Assembly (NCBI GenBank): GCA_965116925.1
Contig: OZ220744.1
Coordinates: forward strand, 1,856,001-1,920,000
Length of the DNA: 64,000 nucleotides
DNA from: Candidatus Poribacteria bacterium
Lineage (GTDB): Bacteria > Poribacteria > WGA-4E > PCPOR2b
Direction of reading: 5' to 3'
The translations under genes and the position numbers were made by a program. A model generated the notes under the pieces. It ran no database searches. It worked only from the letters and a program-made list of their open reading frames with translations, and had not been told where the DNA came from. This document shows positions 51,201 to 60,957 of the stretch, piece by piece. The first letter of the stretch is position 1. Every line of letters begins with the position of its first letter.

Positions 51201-52200
51201 GAAGTACAAAGGAACGCTCACGTCCCCCCCAACTCATATTGATAACCCGTGCACCGTTGTCCACAGCATAGACAATTGCCGCTGCCGAACGGTCATCCCG
51301 TATTCCCTCCACACCAGCACCTCGGATCGGCATCAGAGTGCAATTCCACGCAATGCCGGCAATGCCAACATCGTTGTCTACCGCTGCTCCGATTATTCCT
51401 GTAACATGCGTTCCGTGCCCTGATTCATCTATAGGATCATTGTCGCCGTTCTGCGACTTTCCACTCCCATCGCGACTTGGCGGTTCCGAAAAGTCCCAGC
51501 CGTGCACATCGTCAATGTACCCGTTATCGTCATCATCAATTCCGTTGTCGGGAACTTCATCAGCATTGATCCAGGTCTGTGAAGCCAGATCTTCGTGGGT
51601 GTAATCAAAGCCTGTGTCCACAACTGCGATGATGACTTCTGGATCGCCCTTCTCAATTGCCCACGCCCCCGGCATATCGATCAGTGACAGATTCCACTGT
51701 TCCTCGAAGTGTGGATCGTTCGGGATAATTTCGGCTGCCTGTGTTTGGCGAATGTAGTTGAATTCGATTGCTTCAATCAGCGCGTGTGCGGCGTAATCCA
51801 CTTTAATAGTATGTAGATCAATAGGGACCTGAAAACGCAGAAGATAGGTGCGTTTAAGGTTTGGATTGGCACCCGGGTGAGCAATGTGCGGAAAGAGCGG
51901 ATAGACTGACCGAACCCCCATCTGATTGTAGAGTTTTTGTAACGGCGACTTGGCGTGAAGTCGCTCCCACTCGGCTCGCGCTTTGGGTGTCACGCGAATC
52001 AGGAGTTCTCCGGGGGCGAATTGGGAATTGTCCGCTATTGGAAGTGCAAACACGCTCTGAGCACCAATAGTTGTTGACAGGGAAAGGATTAATAATATTA
52101 GAAGTAGGGTAGGTCCTAATACCGGAGGAAGCGAGGTAGCGAGGCGGCGAGGTAGCGAGAAATTATTTAGATCTATTTGGGACGAACGATGCACTTTCAT
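48148..52200 (-). CDS. S8 subtilisin-like protease with FG-GAP repeats, FN3 and a T9SS-type CTD
   Basis: Catalytic VVDTG, HGTHV, GTSMA; DFDRDG/DLDNDG repeats; C-terminal VYPNP...IYNTNGE...SGIYIY...KIAVIK. Confidence 0.9.
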   Translation of the reverse strand: MKVHRSSQIDLNNFSLPRRLATSLPPVLGPTLLLILLILSLSTTIGAQSVFALPIADNSQFAPGELLIRVTPKARAEWERLHAKSPLQKLYNQMGVRSVYPLFPHIAHPGANPNLKRTYLLRFQVPIDLHTIKVDYAAHALIEAIEFNYIRQTQAAEIIPNDPHFEEQWNLSLIDMPGAWAIEKGDPEVIIAVVDTGFDYTHEDLASQTWINADEVPDNGIDDDDNGYIDDVHGWDFSEPPSRDGSGKSQNGDNDPIDESGHGTHVTGIIGAAVDNDVGIAGIAWNCTLMPIRGAGVEGIRDDRSAAAIVYAVDNGARVINMSWGGRERSFVLRDAVDYAYARGVLMVAASGNESEGASIFPAGYRKVISVAATEQHKQKFYQSNFGASIDIGAPGNVIVSTHINNRYRPLSGTSMATAHVSGVAALIISKRPSLTHQEVRQILLSTTDPITESPELVGAGNLNAARALMASGSLKAHILSPEAHSGGSNQIEIVGTAGGFKFETWQLLYGPSVVPTAFQPIDAPSQQQKINETLLVWETSSIAEGIYTIRLEVNSVDGKVLRDEVVVSIDRTPPQVQNVKVQNQITKDNYATIVSWSTDDFTINTLSQRAREATAPFRPIEENSASREHFFTLSLDTGSYDLFITSRNDVGLETLDDNGGKFYRAEVIDRSIPPNGFVETSTTLPPMHLGSVTADFDRDGMLEIVGLPIAGDAASGIEVHERTRAGIYQLQHTSTINAKPFAVDDTDGDGLLEILSGTRERLFLLESVTQDGYPEKIIWETTFLSSGQIVDLDNDGRKEIVGADNFNDNIRIFENRGNDSYDEILVIKNETEGSNVFGEQFAVGDFDANGVLELMVADSEGELFIYESVGDDLLVEKWRMKLDIKNAYQLAAGDLTGDGIPEFVVGGTVKEEYLPSMRPRWEYQVFTAFPPVGTTPQTRASGASRYQSIWSQAITPSNLKGNSLAIGDVDGDLENELVILANPSVYVFKWSHRMDGDQVSSNLDPIWYHEAWETPRLFQADLNRDNFSELYLNNEVNLLTFTHIHASDPNSVVNIQPYGLSATPLSARAVRVDWETLEEAVSYTVYRAVGDPDKAPSHFEAIVEDIDFVGYLDRKVTKDVTYWYTVSAKNEAGVESAQSKPVSVTPRTPPKLIAAAYIQDNQVAVTYDKQMGASIGNPRLYLLREPKQLTGTNPISVIRDRMGTRATLTFRAADLVPGRTYEITVSDVRDTDRNPINLLEATQTFDVPLEAGVDNFQDFSKARVYPNPIRPNQFHKSAVTFDRLPTGTTIEIYNTNGERLDSLTVTTSDGSRAEWLLLNQMATEVTSGIYIYVMEFENLKKTGKIAVIK

Positions 52201-52230
52201 TTACAATAATCACCTTTGATCGAATCGAGA

Positions 52231-52259
52231 TTTACATCCATTTAGCCTAGTGTTATAAT
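52231..52259 (+). promoter_or_regulatory. Sigma70 promoter for purB
   Basis: TTTACA-17 nt-TATAAT with TG extended -10. Confidence 0.65.
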
Positions 52260-52303
52260 TTAACATATCATAGCAAAAATTTACAAAGGGAGATATACAT
52301 ATT

Positions 52304-53713
52304 ATGGAACTTTACGAAGCAGTGAGTCCTCTTGATTTCAGATATTACGGGGGCAGTGAAGCGGTTATGAAGAAACTACTGCCCTACGTCTCGGAAGCCG
52401 CTTACGTCCAATATCAAGCCAAAGTCGAGGCTGCATTGGTGCGGACGCTTGCCAAGTACGGCATCTGCTCGCATGAGATTGCGGATGAAGTTGAACGGGC
52501 ATCGGAAGAGGTGACAGCCGCAGAGGTTTACGAAGAGCAGTCGCGCATTCGACACAACATCCGTTCACTTGTAAATGTGATTCGACGAAAGATTTCTCCG
52601 GAGGCGCGTCCGTATGTTCACCTATTCGCAACGTCCGCGGACATCCTTGATACCGCAACAGCGTTACGCTTCAAGGACCTTACTCAAAAGGTAATTCTTC
52701 CAGATCTCATCAAACTTGAGAATCGGTTTATCGACCTCGCACGGGAGCACGCGGAAACGGTGCAGATTGGACGGACTCATGGTCAACATGCAGAACCGAT
52801 TACCTTCGGCTACGCCATGGCACTTTACGTCAGCCGGATTGGGAATCGCATTGAACTGATAGACCGTACAAGCCAAAATCTACGCGGCCAATTTTCGGGC
52901 GCAGTGGGAGCGTTCAACGGACTTGCGCTGATAGTTGAGCAGCCGGAGCAGATGGAGGCCGACCTTCTGGCAGAACTCGGATTGAAACCGTCGGATACAC
53001 ACACTTCGACGCAGTGTGTTGAACCTGAGTTTATCACCGACCTCGCTTACGCGATTACCTCTGCTTACACCATCCTTGCAAATTTCGCAGATGACATCCG
53101 CCACCTCTATCGGACGGAAATCGCCGAGATCAGCAAGCAGTATGATCCCCAATTGGTCGGCTCCTCCACGATGCCGCACAAGGTTAATCCCGAAACGTTT
53201 GAAACGGTGAAGGGGCTCTGGAAAGCGTTTGTGCCGCGTATGACGACGGTGTTTATGGACCAGATTTTGGAGCATCAACGCGATCTTACCAACTCCGCAT
53301 CGAGCCGTTTCCTGACGGAACTTTTCACCGCATTTGACTATTCGATTTATCGTTTAATTCGCGCCTTGGGGGAGATGGATGTGAAGGTGGATAATATGCA
53401 GCGCAATCTTGAGGCGAGCGCAGGGGACACGGTCGCAGAACCGATCTATCTTTTGATGGCGTATTACGGATTTCCTGACGCTTACGACCACACCCGCAAA
53501 CTTGTCGCTCAAGTACATCAGACGGGGCAACAGTTGACGGATCTTCTGTGGGCGGATGAGACATTGCAACCGTTCCTTGAACAACTCACACCAATACAAC
53601 AGGAGGCACTCCGCGATCCAAAGAAGTACGTCGGGGCATCTGCACAGCGGACGCATGCAACTTGCGACGAATGGGAAAAACGGGTGCAACAAATCTCGGT
53701 AACCTGTGGATAG
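52304..53713 (+). CDS. purB: Adenylosuccinate lyase
   Basis: SPLDFRY, GRTHGQHAEPITFG, GSSTMPHKVNP, HQRDLTNSA. Confidence 0.9.
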   Translation: MELYEAVSPLDFRYYGGSEAVMKKLLPYVSEAAYVQYQAKVEAALVRTLAKYGICSHEIADEVERASEEVTAAEVYEEQSRIRHNIRSLVNVIRRKISPEARPYVHLFATSADILDTATALRFKDLTQKVILPDLIKLENRFIDLAREHAETVQIGRTHGQHAEPITFGYAMALYVSRIGNRIELIDRTSQNLRGQFSGAVGAFNGLALIVEQPEQMEADLLAELGLKPSDTHTSTQCVEPEFITDLAYAITSAYTILANFADDIRHLYRTEIAEISKQYDPQLVGSSTMPHKVNPETFETVKGLWKAFVPRMTTVFMDQILEHQRDLTNSASSRFLTELFTAFDYSIYRLIRALGEMDVKVDNMQRNLEASAGDTVAEPIYLLMAYYGFPDAYDHTRKLVAQVHQTGQQLTDLLWADETLQPFLEQLTPIQQEALRDPKKYVGASAQRTHATCDEWEKRVQQISVTCG

Positions 53714-53719
53714 GAAACT

Positions 53720-56434
53720 TTAGAAGGTAAATCCAAGCCCAATCTGCGTAGTGGAGGTGTCTCGTCTGCCCAAGTACAATTTACTATATCCAGCCCTTAG
53801 ATTCAAGCTGGGGGTTATGTAAATACGGACTCCCATTTCATAGTGATAGAAATATGTCGCGTCGAAATCCGACTGGACCTTAATAGAACCTGTAGCGTCA
53901 ACCACGATTTTATCCGACGGATAGAGCTTCAAACCTGCACCAAGAATGGGCGTCGTGTGCGTTGTCCTAGTCCGGGAGTCAGCTTCGTATTCCGCAATAC
54001 CACCCAGAAACATAACTGCAATATTACTTTTTTCTAAAGCGGGTCCCCACTGGACCATTGCGCTTACGTTTGTGTTACCTGGATGGGAAAAGTCCAGTTG
54101 TGCCCCTAACGTCGGCTGGTGTTTTCCCTCACGTAGGTAAGCGATCCTGAACATTTTATCTCCTTCCCAATCACGGAGGGGAGCGTTGTGACCCGCAGCA
54201 CTTACCCATACCCCTTGGTACATGGGATAGGTTGGAGACCTTAGCGGAGGCTCTTCAGGTGTATCTGCTGGTATGGTTAGGGGAGGATCTCGCGGTTCTA
54301 CCTCTTCTGGCTCCTCTCCCGGTTTAATGTCCACAGGTTCCGATTCTGCCGGGCTTTCATTTCCGCTGTCATCAGTTGCGGTTTTAGTTTCTACAGGTTC
54401 CGATTCTATCTCGCTTTCATCTCCTCTATCGTCAGTTGCGGCTTTAATTTCTATCTGCCTCGATTCGGATTCGCTTCTGTTTCCTGTTTCATCGGTCGCA
54501 GTCAGATAATACCGGAGGGATCCAGCCTCGCTGACCGTTATGCCTACGGCGTATATACCCGATCCATCTGCCTCGGTAAGTTTTTGGCTGTTGGTAGGTG
54601 AAAAATGAACGTGAACCGCTTTGATAGCGTTACTGTCTGTTACTTCCGCTCTGATGGTAATTTGTTGATTGACCGTGAAATTAGCACCTTCGGGCGGATC
54701 TAGGAGATTGATTGTTGGGGGCAGATCCGCAACGATGGCGATTTGATAATTACGATCTGGAGTTTCCGGCTGCCTGAATGTCAAATGACCCTCATATTCG
54801 ACCTTAACGTAGTATTCAATCGAATTAACATACTTCTGTGAAACCAAACCCGCCTTATAGATCCACGTTGAGGAGGCCGATTGCTTATCCCACAAACGCA
54901 TTTTCTGATTGTTCTGTTCTAATTCGTTCTTGTCTCTGTCGTAGGTTTTGTAGTGGATCGTAACCTGTTGAGGCCCTTTGGAGGTGATTAGATTTAGCGC
55001 AAGTGGGATTATCTCTCCCGCCAATGCTGTTGAAGGAGAATTATGCTTCATGGTGGGTGGTATCTCAAGATCGATTTCCTTATGGCGATTCGGTTCGATC
55101 GTAACAGCCCTCCTTTTGGATCTCCTTGCATAAATTCCTTCCACAATGTAATCGCCCGTAAGCAGTCTGCGCTTGACGATTCCGGTGCCTAACATCGTCT
55201 TACCAATGTTGCCTCCTTTAATCCAGATTTCTGCCTGTGGCAGCAAGGAAATTACAGTCAATTCACCTGTTAAGTTTCTACGTACTTCTTCAAGTAATCC
55301 ACCAAAAATTGGGTGATCTGTTCCTATCCTTGGAGGCAATTTCTGGTCTGGGTTATGGCGAATTGATTCTTCAAACTGCTCTCGCACTTTGTCATTACCT
55401 TCTCCAGCTCCCCATTTTGAGCAGCCCAAGTAGAGATAGGCTTCCGCTCGCTGTTCTGAATCTGCAAGCTCTTGTATGGCTGAACTTAAGACCTTGATAG
55501 CCTCGCTGTATTTTGCCTGTTCATATAGCCTAATCCCTTTGTCAAGCATGGCATGACGAGGACGGGGTTTGGGTGGCTCCGGCTCGGGTGAATTAACCTG
55601 AGACTCAACTGGCTTCGATTTGACACGTGGCGGATCAGCCAGAGGCTTGGCTGGTTTCGGTTGAACAGATGATGGATTAACCGGTTTCGGTTCGACGGGG
55701 GGTGGATCCACTTGAGGTGTGGCTGGCTCAGATTCGATAGGTAATGGATCAACCTTGGGTTTGGTTGGTCGCGGTTGGACGGGTGTCGGAGTGATTGGTA
55801 TATTAGCCAGTGTCTTGAGATAATTTACAGGAACAGCAAAATTGAGATGCTGTCCATCACGAAAAGTTAGGAGTGAAACCCCTACCACTTCGCCTTTTTC
55901 ATTAAAGATGGGACCGCCACTGCTCCCCTGAGAGATTGGAGCGGTCATTTGGAAAAGCTTACCGGTGGAATCGCCACGAATCGCGCTGATAATACCAGCC
56001 GAGAATAAGACCTCTAGCCCCCTCGGATTGCCCGCGATGTACACTTTATCATCAATCTGAACCGTATCGCTGTCACCAAGAGGAAGTGCAGGTGCGTCGA
56101 TCCCTACGACTTTTATTATTGCCAGATCACGCGCTTTATCAACGACCTGGATTGTTTCAACAGGATATATCTCTTCCTTTCCAGCTAACTTCGCGCTTCC
56201 AATCCACATATTGTCGATAACATGATGATTAGTTGCAATATGGCCATCATGGATAACAAATCCGCTACCCGTCCAACGGTTGCCTTTGGTATCTGTGAAA
56301 CCCAAGTGTACCGTAGAATCTAAAGCGATTTCGACAATCTCTTGGGGAGTCGGGGCAGCTTCGACAGTTGTCCCGCAGAACAGCACAAGTCCCCCAACCA
56401 TAAAATTCAGTAATAATTTTTGCCTACGTTGCAT
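53720..56434 (-). CDS. Secreted trypsin-like protease with Pro linker, TPR, PEGA-like, Ig-like domains and a C-terminal beta-barrel-like domain
   Basis: ATNHHVI/DLAII/GSSGGP triad; PKP-rich linker; AEAYLYLG; ends QIGLGFTF. Start at ATG 56434. Confidence 0.8.
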   Translation of the reverse strand: MQRRQKLLLNFMVGGLVLFCGTTVEAAPTPQEIVEIALDSTVHLGFTDTKGNRWTGSGFVIHDGHIATNHHVIDNMWIGSAKLAGKEEIYPVETIQVVDKARDLAIIKVVGIDAPALPLGDSDTVQIDDKVYIAGNPRGLEVLFSAGIISAIRGDSTGKLFQMTAPISQGSSGGPIFNEKGEVVGVSLLTFRDGQHLNFAVPVNYLKTLANIPITPTPVQPRPTKPKVDPLPIESEPATPQVDPPPVEPKPVNPSSVQPKPAKPLADPPRVKSKPVESQVNSPEPEPPKPRPRHAMLDKGIRLYEQAKYSEAIKVLSSAIQELADSEQRAEAYLYLGCSKWGAGEGNDKVREQFEESIRHNPDQKLPPRIGTDHPIFGGLLEEVRRNLTGELTVISLLPQAEIWIKGGNIGKTMLGTGIVKRRLLTGDYIVEGIYARRSKRRAVTIEPNRHKEIDLEIPPTMKHNSPSTALAGEIIPLALNLITSKGPQQVTIHYKTYDRDKNELEQNNQKMRLWDKQSASSTWIYKAGLVSQKYVNSIEYYVKVEYEGHLTFRQPETPDRNYQIAIVADLPPTINLLDPPEGANFTVNQQITIRAEVTDSNAIKAVHVHFSPTNSQKLTEADGSGIYAVGITVSEAGSLRYYLTATDETGNRSESESRQIEIKAATDDRGDESEIESEPVETKTATDDSGNESPAESEPVDIKPGEEPEEVEPRDPPLTIPADTPEEPPLRSPTYPMYQGVWVSAAGHNAPLRDWEGDKMFRIAYLREGKHQPTLGAQLDFSHPGNTNVSAMVQWGPALEKSNIAVMFLGGIAEYEADSRTRTTHTTPILGAGLKLYPSDKIVVDATGSIKVQSDFDATYFYHYEMGVRIYITPSLNLRAGYSKLYLGRRDTSTTQIGLGFTF

Positions 56435-56474
56435 AGAATTGTGTCCTTTCACAGAAGGACACACTCAAATGGCA

Positions 56475-56873
56475 TCATTGGTTCAAAAAATCGTGCGAGA
56501 TTGATAGACCATTCTTCCATGCTTCATAGGAAAAGACTTTTTCTTTCTCCTTATAAACCAACTTGATTGTTGTCCCAATCGGGACTTTCAGACCGCCTCG
56601 TATCGGGGTAACGTTAGATTTTTCTCGGTTGGGGGCAGGTGATATGGCGAAATCCTGTGCCCGTGGTTCTATGAAATCATCGCCTTGGGGTAGCTTTATA
56701 AACACCCTTGCCCACGGAATAGCATTAATGGACACAGCTACAGGTAGTGATGTAAGGGATTCTTCATCTTGAGAGCTCGGGGAGGATTCTCCGTCCCAAG
56801 ATATTATAAAAATAATTAAACCAGCAATAAAAATGACGCTAACAGTAGCGATAACTATAATCAGTCTAACCAT
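56475..56873 (-). CDS. Small membrane-anchored protein with a PEGA-like domain
   Basis: N-terminal TM, Ser-rich linker, VSINAIPWARVFI...NVTPI. Start at 56873 after AGGAG. Confidence 0.7.
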   Translation of the reverse strand: MVRLIIVIATVSVIFIAGLIIFIISWDGESSPSSQDEESLTSLPVAVSINAIPWARVFIKLPQGDDFIEPRAQDFAISPAPNREKSNVTPIRGGLKVPIGTTIKLVYKEKEKVFSYEAWKNGLSISHDFLNQ

Positions 56874-56921
56874 ACCTAATTCTCCTGTTCTGATCGCCAT
56901 TATATAGGGTAATTGAGAAAA

Positions 56922-59900
56922 TCAAAAGGTATATCCAAGCCCAACCTGTATATTGGAAACGTTTTGAGTGCCTAAAAACAATTGACCATATCCGGCTCTT
57001 AGGCTCAATTTATCGGTTATATAAAAACGGATGCCCCCTTCATAGTGATAGAGATCCATGGTGTCAGAACCCTGCTGAAATTGAATTGAACCTGTGGCAT
57101 CTATTACAATTCTGTCCCGCGGATAGAGTTTCACCCCCCCACCAAAGATAGGGGTAGTATGAGCTGACCGAAGAGAATCCTCATACTGTGCGATGCCACC
57201 CAGCAACGTAAACGTAGCCTTGGTTTTTCCTGGGGGGCGTGGTCCCCACTGAACCATCGCGCTCATGTTCGTGAGATCCGGAGAAAAGTCTAGTTGCACG
57301 CCTAGCGTTGATCGGCTTTTACCCTCACGGAGATAAGCAAGCCTGAACATATAATTCCCATCCCCAGCAAAGGTGGAAGCACCGTCCCCAGAAACGCTTG
57401 CCCATATCCCTTCGTATATTGGAGGATTTGGCTCTTCGGGGGGCGGTGGAGGAGGCGGTTTAATTTCTACCTGTCTCGATTTTGACTCAGTTGTGTTGCC
57501 CACTTCATCAGTTGCAGTTAGGTAATACTTGATGGATTTGGCTTGAGGGAATGTTATATTTGTGGTGTATATATTCGAGGATTTTTCTTGGGACATTTTT
57601 TTACTACTGCCCGATGAAAAATGAACATGAACTGCTTTGATGGAGACACTAGCTTTTACTTCCGCTCCGATGGTAATTTGTTCATTGACTTCAAATTCGG
57701 CAGGGTCGTCGGACGGATATAGCACGGATATTGTTGGTTTATCTACGCTTCTTGTAATTTCTATCCGTCTCGACTCCGACTCACTTGTGTTTCCCGCTTC
57801 ATCGGTCGCAACCAGATAATACCGGAGGGGCTGGCTGACTGTTATCTTTGTGGTATATACATCGGAGGAATTTTCTTGAGACATTTTTTGCCTATTACTC
57901 GATGAAAAATGAACGTGAACCGCTTTGATAGCGTGGCTAGCACTTACTTCCGCTCTGATGGTAATTTCTTGATCGCGCTCGAATTTCGCACCATCGGGTG
58001 GATATAACAGGGATATTGTTAGTGGTTTATCATCGACGATAGAGATTTGATGATGGCGATTTTGATCTCTTGGATGTCTGAACAACCCATGATTCTCATA
58101 TTCGATCTCAATGTAGTATTCAATTGAACCGACGTGTTTTTGTGAGGGCAAATCCACCTTGTAGATCCCCGTTGATGAGGCGGGTTGCTGGGCCCATAAA
58201 TCCATCTCCTGATCGTTCTGTTCTAATTCCTTGCGGTTTCTGTTGTAGGTTTTGTAATGGACTTTAACGTGTTGGGAGGCTTTGGTACTGATTAACTTCA
58301 CTTCAAGTGGGATTATTTTACCAACGGATATGTTTGAAGGCGGATCATGCTTTATGTCGGGTGGTATCCCCAGATCTATTTCCTTATGGCGATTTGGTTC
58401 AATCGTAATAGCCCTCCTTTTGGATCCTCCTTCATAAATTCCTTCCACAATGTAGTCGCCTGTAAGTAGTCTGCGCTTGACGATGCCAGTGCCTAACATT
58501 TTCCTATCAACCTCGTTGCCTTCGATCCAAATCTCTGTGTGTGGTAGTAGAGAGATTACGGTCAATTCGCCTGTTAATTCTTTGCGTACTTCCTCGATTA
58601 ACTCAGCAAAAATTGGGTGATCTTTCCCTAACCTTGGCGGCAATTCTTGATCGGGATTGTGGCGAATTGCCCTTTGAAATTGATCCCTCACCTTGTCATT
58701 GCCTTCACCGATTCCCCTTTTTGAACCTCCTAAATAAAGATAGGCTTCTGCCCGCTGTTTCGGATCTTCGAGCTCGCGTATGGCTGAACTTAAAGCTTGG
58801 ATTGCCTCTCTGTATCTTGCCTGTTCATACAACTCAATCCCTTTTTCAAGATTTTCTTGAGTTGTAATTTTCATTCCCAAATGCCTCGGTTTCGACTTGC
58901 TTTCGTTGCCTTCCTCATCAGTTGCAGTTAGATAATACTGGAGGGTTACGATATTTTGGATTGTGATATCTATGGTGTATATGTCTGAGGAACCTTTTGC
59001 AGTAAGTTTGTGACTTTGTGGATCGTTAAACCGTGAGAAGATATGGATGTGGACATCTTTGACAGCACTATTGTCTGTTACCTTTGCTCTAAAGGTAATT
59101 TCTTGATTGGCACCGAATGTCGCATCAGGAGGTGGATATAGCACCGATATTGTTGGCGGTTTATCATCGACGATAGGGATTTGATAATAACGAGATTGAG
59201 ACCTTGGATATCTGAACGGTAAGTGATTATCATATTTGACTGCAATGTAGTATTTAATCGAACCGACACGCTTTTGTGAAGGCAAATCCATTTTGTAGGA
59301 CCACGATGATGACGCGGATGGCTGGTTCGACAAACGCATCTTCTGACTTTTCTTTTCTGATTCGTTGCCGTTTTTGTCGTAGGTTGAGTAATGAATCGTA
59401 ACTTGTTGGGGAGCTTTGGAACTGATTAAATTCAACGTAAGTGGAATTATTTCGCCGACGGATACGCGTGAAGGAGGAGCATGCTTCATGATGGGCGATA
59501 TCTTAGGAGATGTGGGAGTGATTGGTATACCCTTTTCTTTAGCCAGTTGCTTGAGATAATTCACAGCGATAGCAAAATTGAGATTCTCAGGAATAGTAAC
59601 GGTAAAATCCGGTTGTAGAAAGCTGGGCACCCCGCCATAAACGATACCGATGACTTCGCCCTTATCGTTTAGCACAGGACCTCCACTACTCCCTTTAGAA
59701 GTCGGAGCTGTCATTTGGAGTAGTTTGCAGGGAGCGTGCCAATCCCAGGAGGTGCCACCGGATAGTGGGAAGGTTGTCAGGTAGGCACCGGGTGGTCGGA
59801 TGGCACTTATCTCGCCACTTGAAAATGTACCTTCCAATCTATGTGGGTTACCCATGACGTAAACTTTATCAGCAACCTGAACCGCATCACTATCACCAAG

Positions 59901-60917
59901 GAAAAGCGCAGGTGTGTCAATCCCTGTGGCTTTTACTATTGCCAAGTCACGTTCTTTATCAACAAAAAGAACTCTAATACGGTACTTCTTTGCCTTTCCA
60001 AACAACTTTGCGGTTCCAATTGACATATTTTCGATAACGTGATAGTTGGTCGCAATTAGATCATCATGGACGATGAAACCGCTACCCAGTCCAGGGGTGT
60101 GCTTGGCATCTTTGGTCTCCAAGAGTACCGTAGAACGTTCAGCGATTTTGGCAATCTCTTGGGGAGTCAGAGTTGGTTTCGGTTCGGTAGGTAGAGGTGC
60201 GGATTGGGGCTCGGTTGTTTTCGGTTTGACGGGAGGAAGATCGACCTTAGGCTTGACGGGTTTCGGCTTGATCCGTGTCGGAAGGGTTGGCATCAGTGCC
60301 TTGAGATAATTTACCGGAATCGCAAAATTGAGATTCTGCCCATTACGATGAGTTGCGAATGAAATCCCTATCACCTCGCCCTTTTCATTAAAGACAGGAC
60401 CGCCACTACTCCCCTGAGAAATCGGTGCTGTCATTTGGAAGAATTTATCAGGGTCGCCACGAATCGCACTGATAATGCCATCCGAGAATGAGCCTTCTAG
60501 TCCCTGTGGATTGCCCGCGACGTAAACTTTATCACCAATTCGAACCGTATCACTATCACCAAGGGAAAGTACCGAGGCATCGATCCCTCCAACTTTTATT
60601 ACTGCCAAATCGTGCTCTTTGTCAGTTTCAAGGATTGTTTCAACAGGATACACCTCTTCCTTTCCTACCAACTTCGCAAATCCAATCGACATATCATTGA
60701 CAACGTGATGATTAGTCGCAATATGGCCACCGTAGACAACAAATCCACTACCCGTCCAACGGTTACCTTGGGCATCTCTGAAGACCAAATGTACTGTAGA
60801 ATCTAAAGCGATTTCGGCAATCTCTGGGGTAGTCAGGGCAATTGCCACAGTCATTCCGTAAAAAAACAAAAGTACCCCAACCATAAAACTCAGTAATAAT
60901 TTTCGCCTACGTTGCAT
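56922..60917 (-). CDS. Paralog with two trypsin domains, extra Ig-like repeats and a C-terminal beta-barrel-like domain
   Basis: Two intact H/D/GSSGGP triads; ends QVGLGYTF. Start at ATG 60917. Confidence 0.8.
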   Translation of the reverse strand: MQRRRKLLLSFMVGVLLFFYGMTVAIALTTPEIAEIALDSTVHLVFRDAQGNRWTGSGFVVYGGHIATNHHVVNDMSIGFAKLVGKEEVYPVETILETDKEHDLAVIKVGGIDASVLSLGDSDTVRIGDKVYVAGNPQGLEGSFSDGIISAIRGDPDKFFQMTAPISQGSSGGPVFNEKGEVIGISFATHRNGQNLNFAIPVNYLKALMPTLPTRIKPKPVKPKVDLPPVKPKTTEPQSAPLPTEPKPTLTPQEIAKIAERSTVLLETKDAKHTPGLGSGFIVHDDLIATNYHVIENMSIGTAKLFGKAKKYRIRVLFVDKERDLAIVKATGIDTPALFLGDSDAVQVADKVYVMGNPHRLEGTFSSGEISAIRPPGAYLTTFPLSGGTSWDWHAPCKLLQMTAPTSKGSSGGPVLNDKGEVIGIVYGGVPSFLQPDFTVTIPENLNFAIAVNYLKQLAKEKGIPITPTSPKISPIMKHAPPSRVSVGEIIPLTLNLISSKAPQQVTIHYSTYDKNGNESEKKSQKMRLSNQPSASSSWSYKMDLPSQKRVGSIKYYIAVKYDNHLPFRYPRSQSRYYQIPIVDDKPPTISVLYPPPDATFGANQEITFRAKVTDNSAVKDVHIHIFSRFNDPQSHKLTAKGSSDIYTIDITIQNIVTLQYYLTATDEEGNESKSKPRHLGMKITTQENLEKGIELYEQARYREAIQALSSAIRELEDPKQRAEAYLYLGGSKRGIGEGNDKVRDQFQRAIRHNPDQELPPRLGKDHPIFAELIEEVRKELTGELTVISLLPHTEIWIEGNEVDRKMLGTGIVKRRLLTGDYIVEGIYEGGSKRRAITIEPNRHKEIDLGIPPDIKHDPPSNISVGKIIPLEVKLISTKASQHVKVHYKTYNRNRKELEQNDQEMDLWAQQPASSTGIYKVDLPSQKHVGSIEYYIEIEYENHGLFRHPRDQNRHHQISIVDDKPLTISLLYPPDGAKFERDQEITIRAEVSASHAIKAVHVHFSSSNRQKMSQENSSDVYTTKITVSQPLRYYLVATDEAGNTSESESRRIEITRSVDKPTISVLYPSDDPAEFEVNEQITIGAEVKASVSIKAVHVHFSSGSSKKMSQEKSSNIYTTNITFPQAKSIKYYLTATDEVGNTTESKSRQVEIKPPPPPPPEEPNPPIYEGIWASVSGDGASTFAGDGNYMFRLAYLREGKSRSTLGVQLDFSPDLTNMSAMVQWGPRPPGKTKATFTLLGGIAQYEDSLRSAHTTPIFGGGVKLYPRDRIVIDATGSIQFQQGSDTMDLYHYEGGIRFYITDKLSLRAGYGQLFLGTQNVSNIQVGLGYTF

Positions 60918-60957
60918 AAAATTGTATCCTTGTACAGAAGCACACACTCAAATACCA

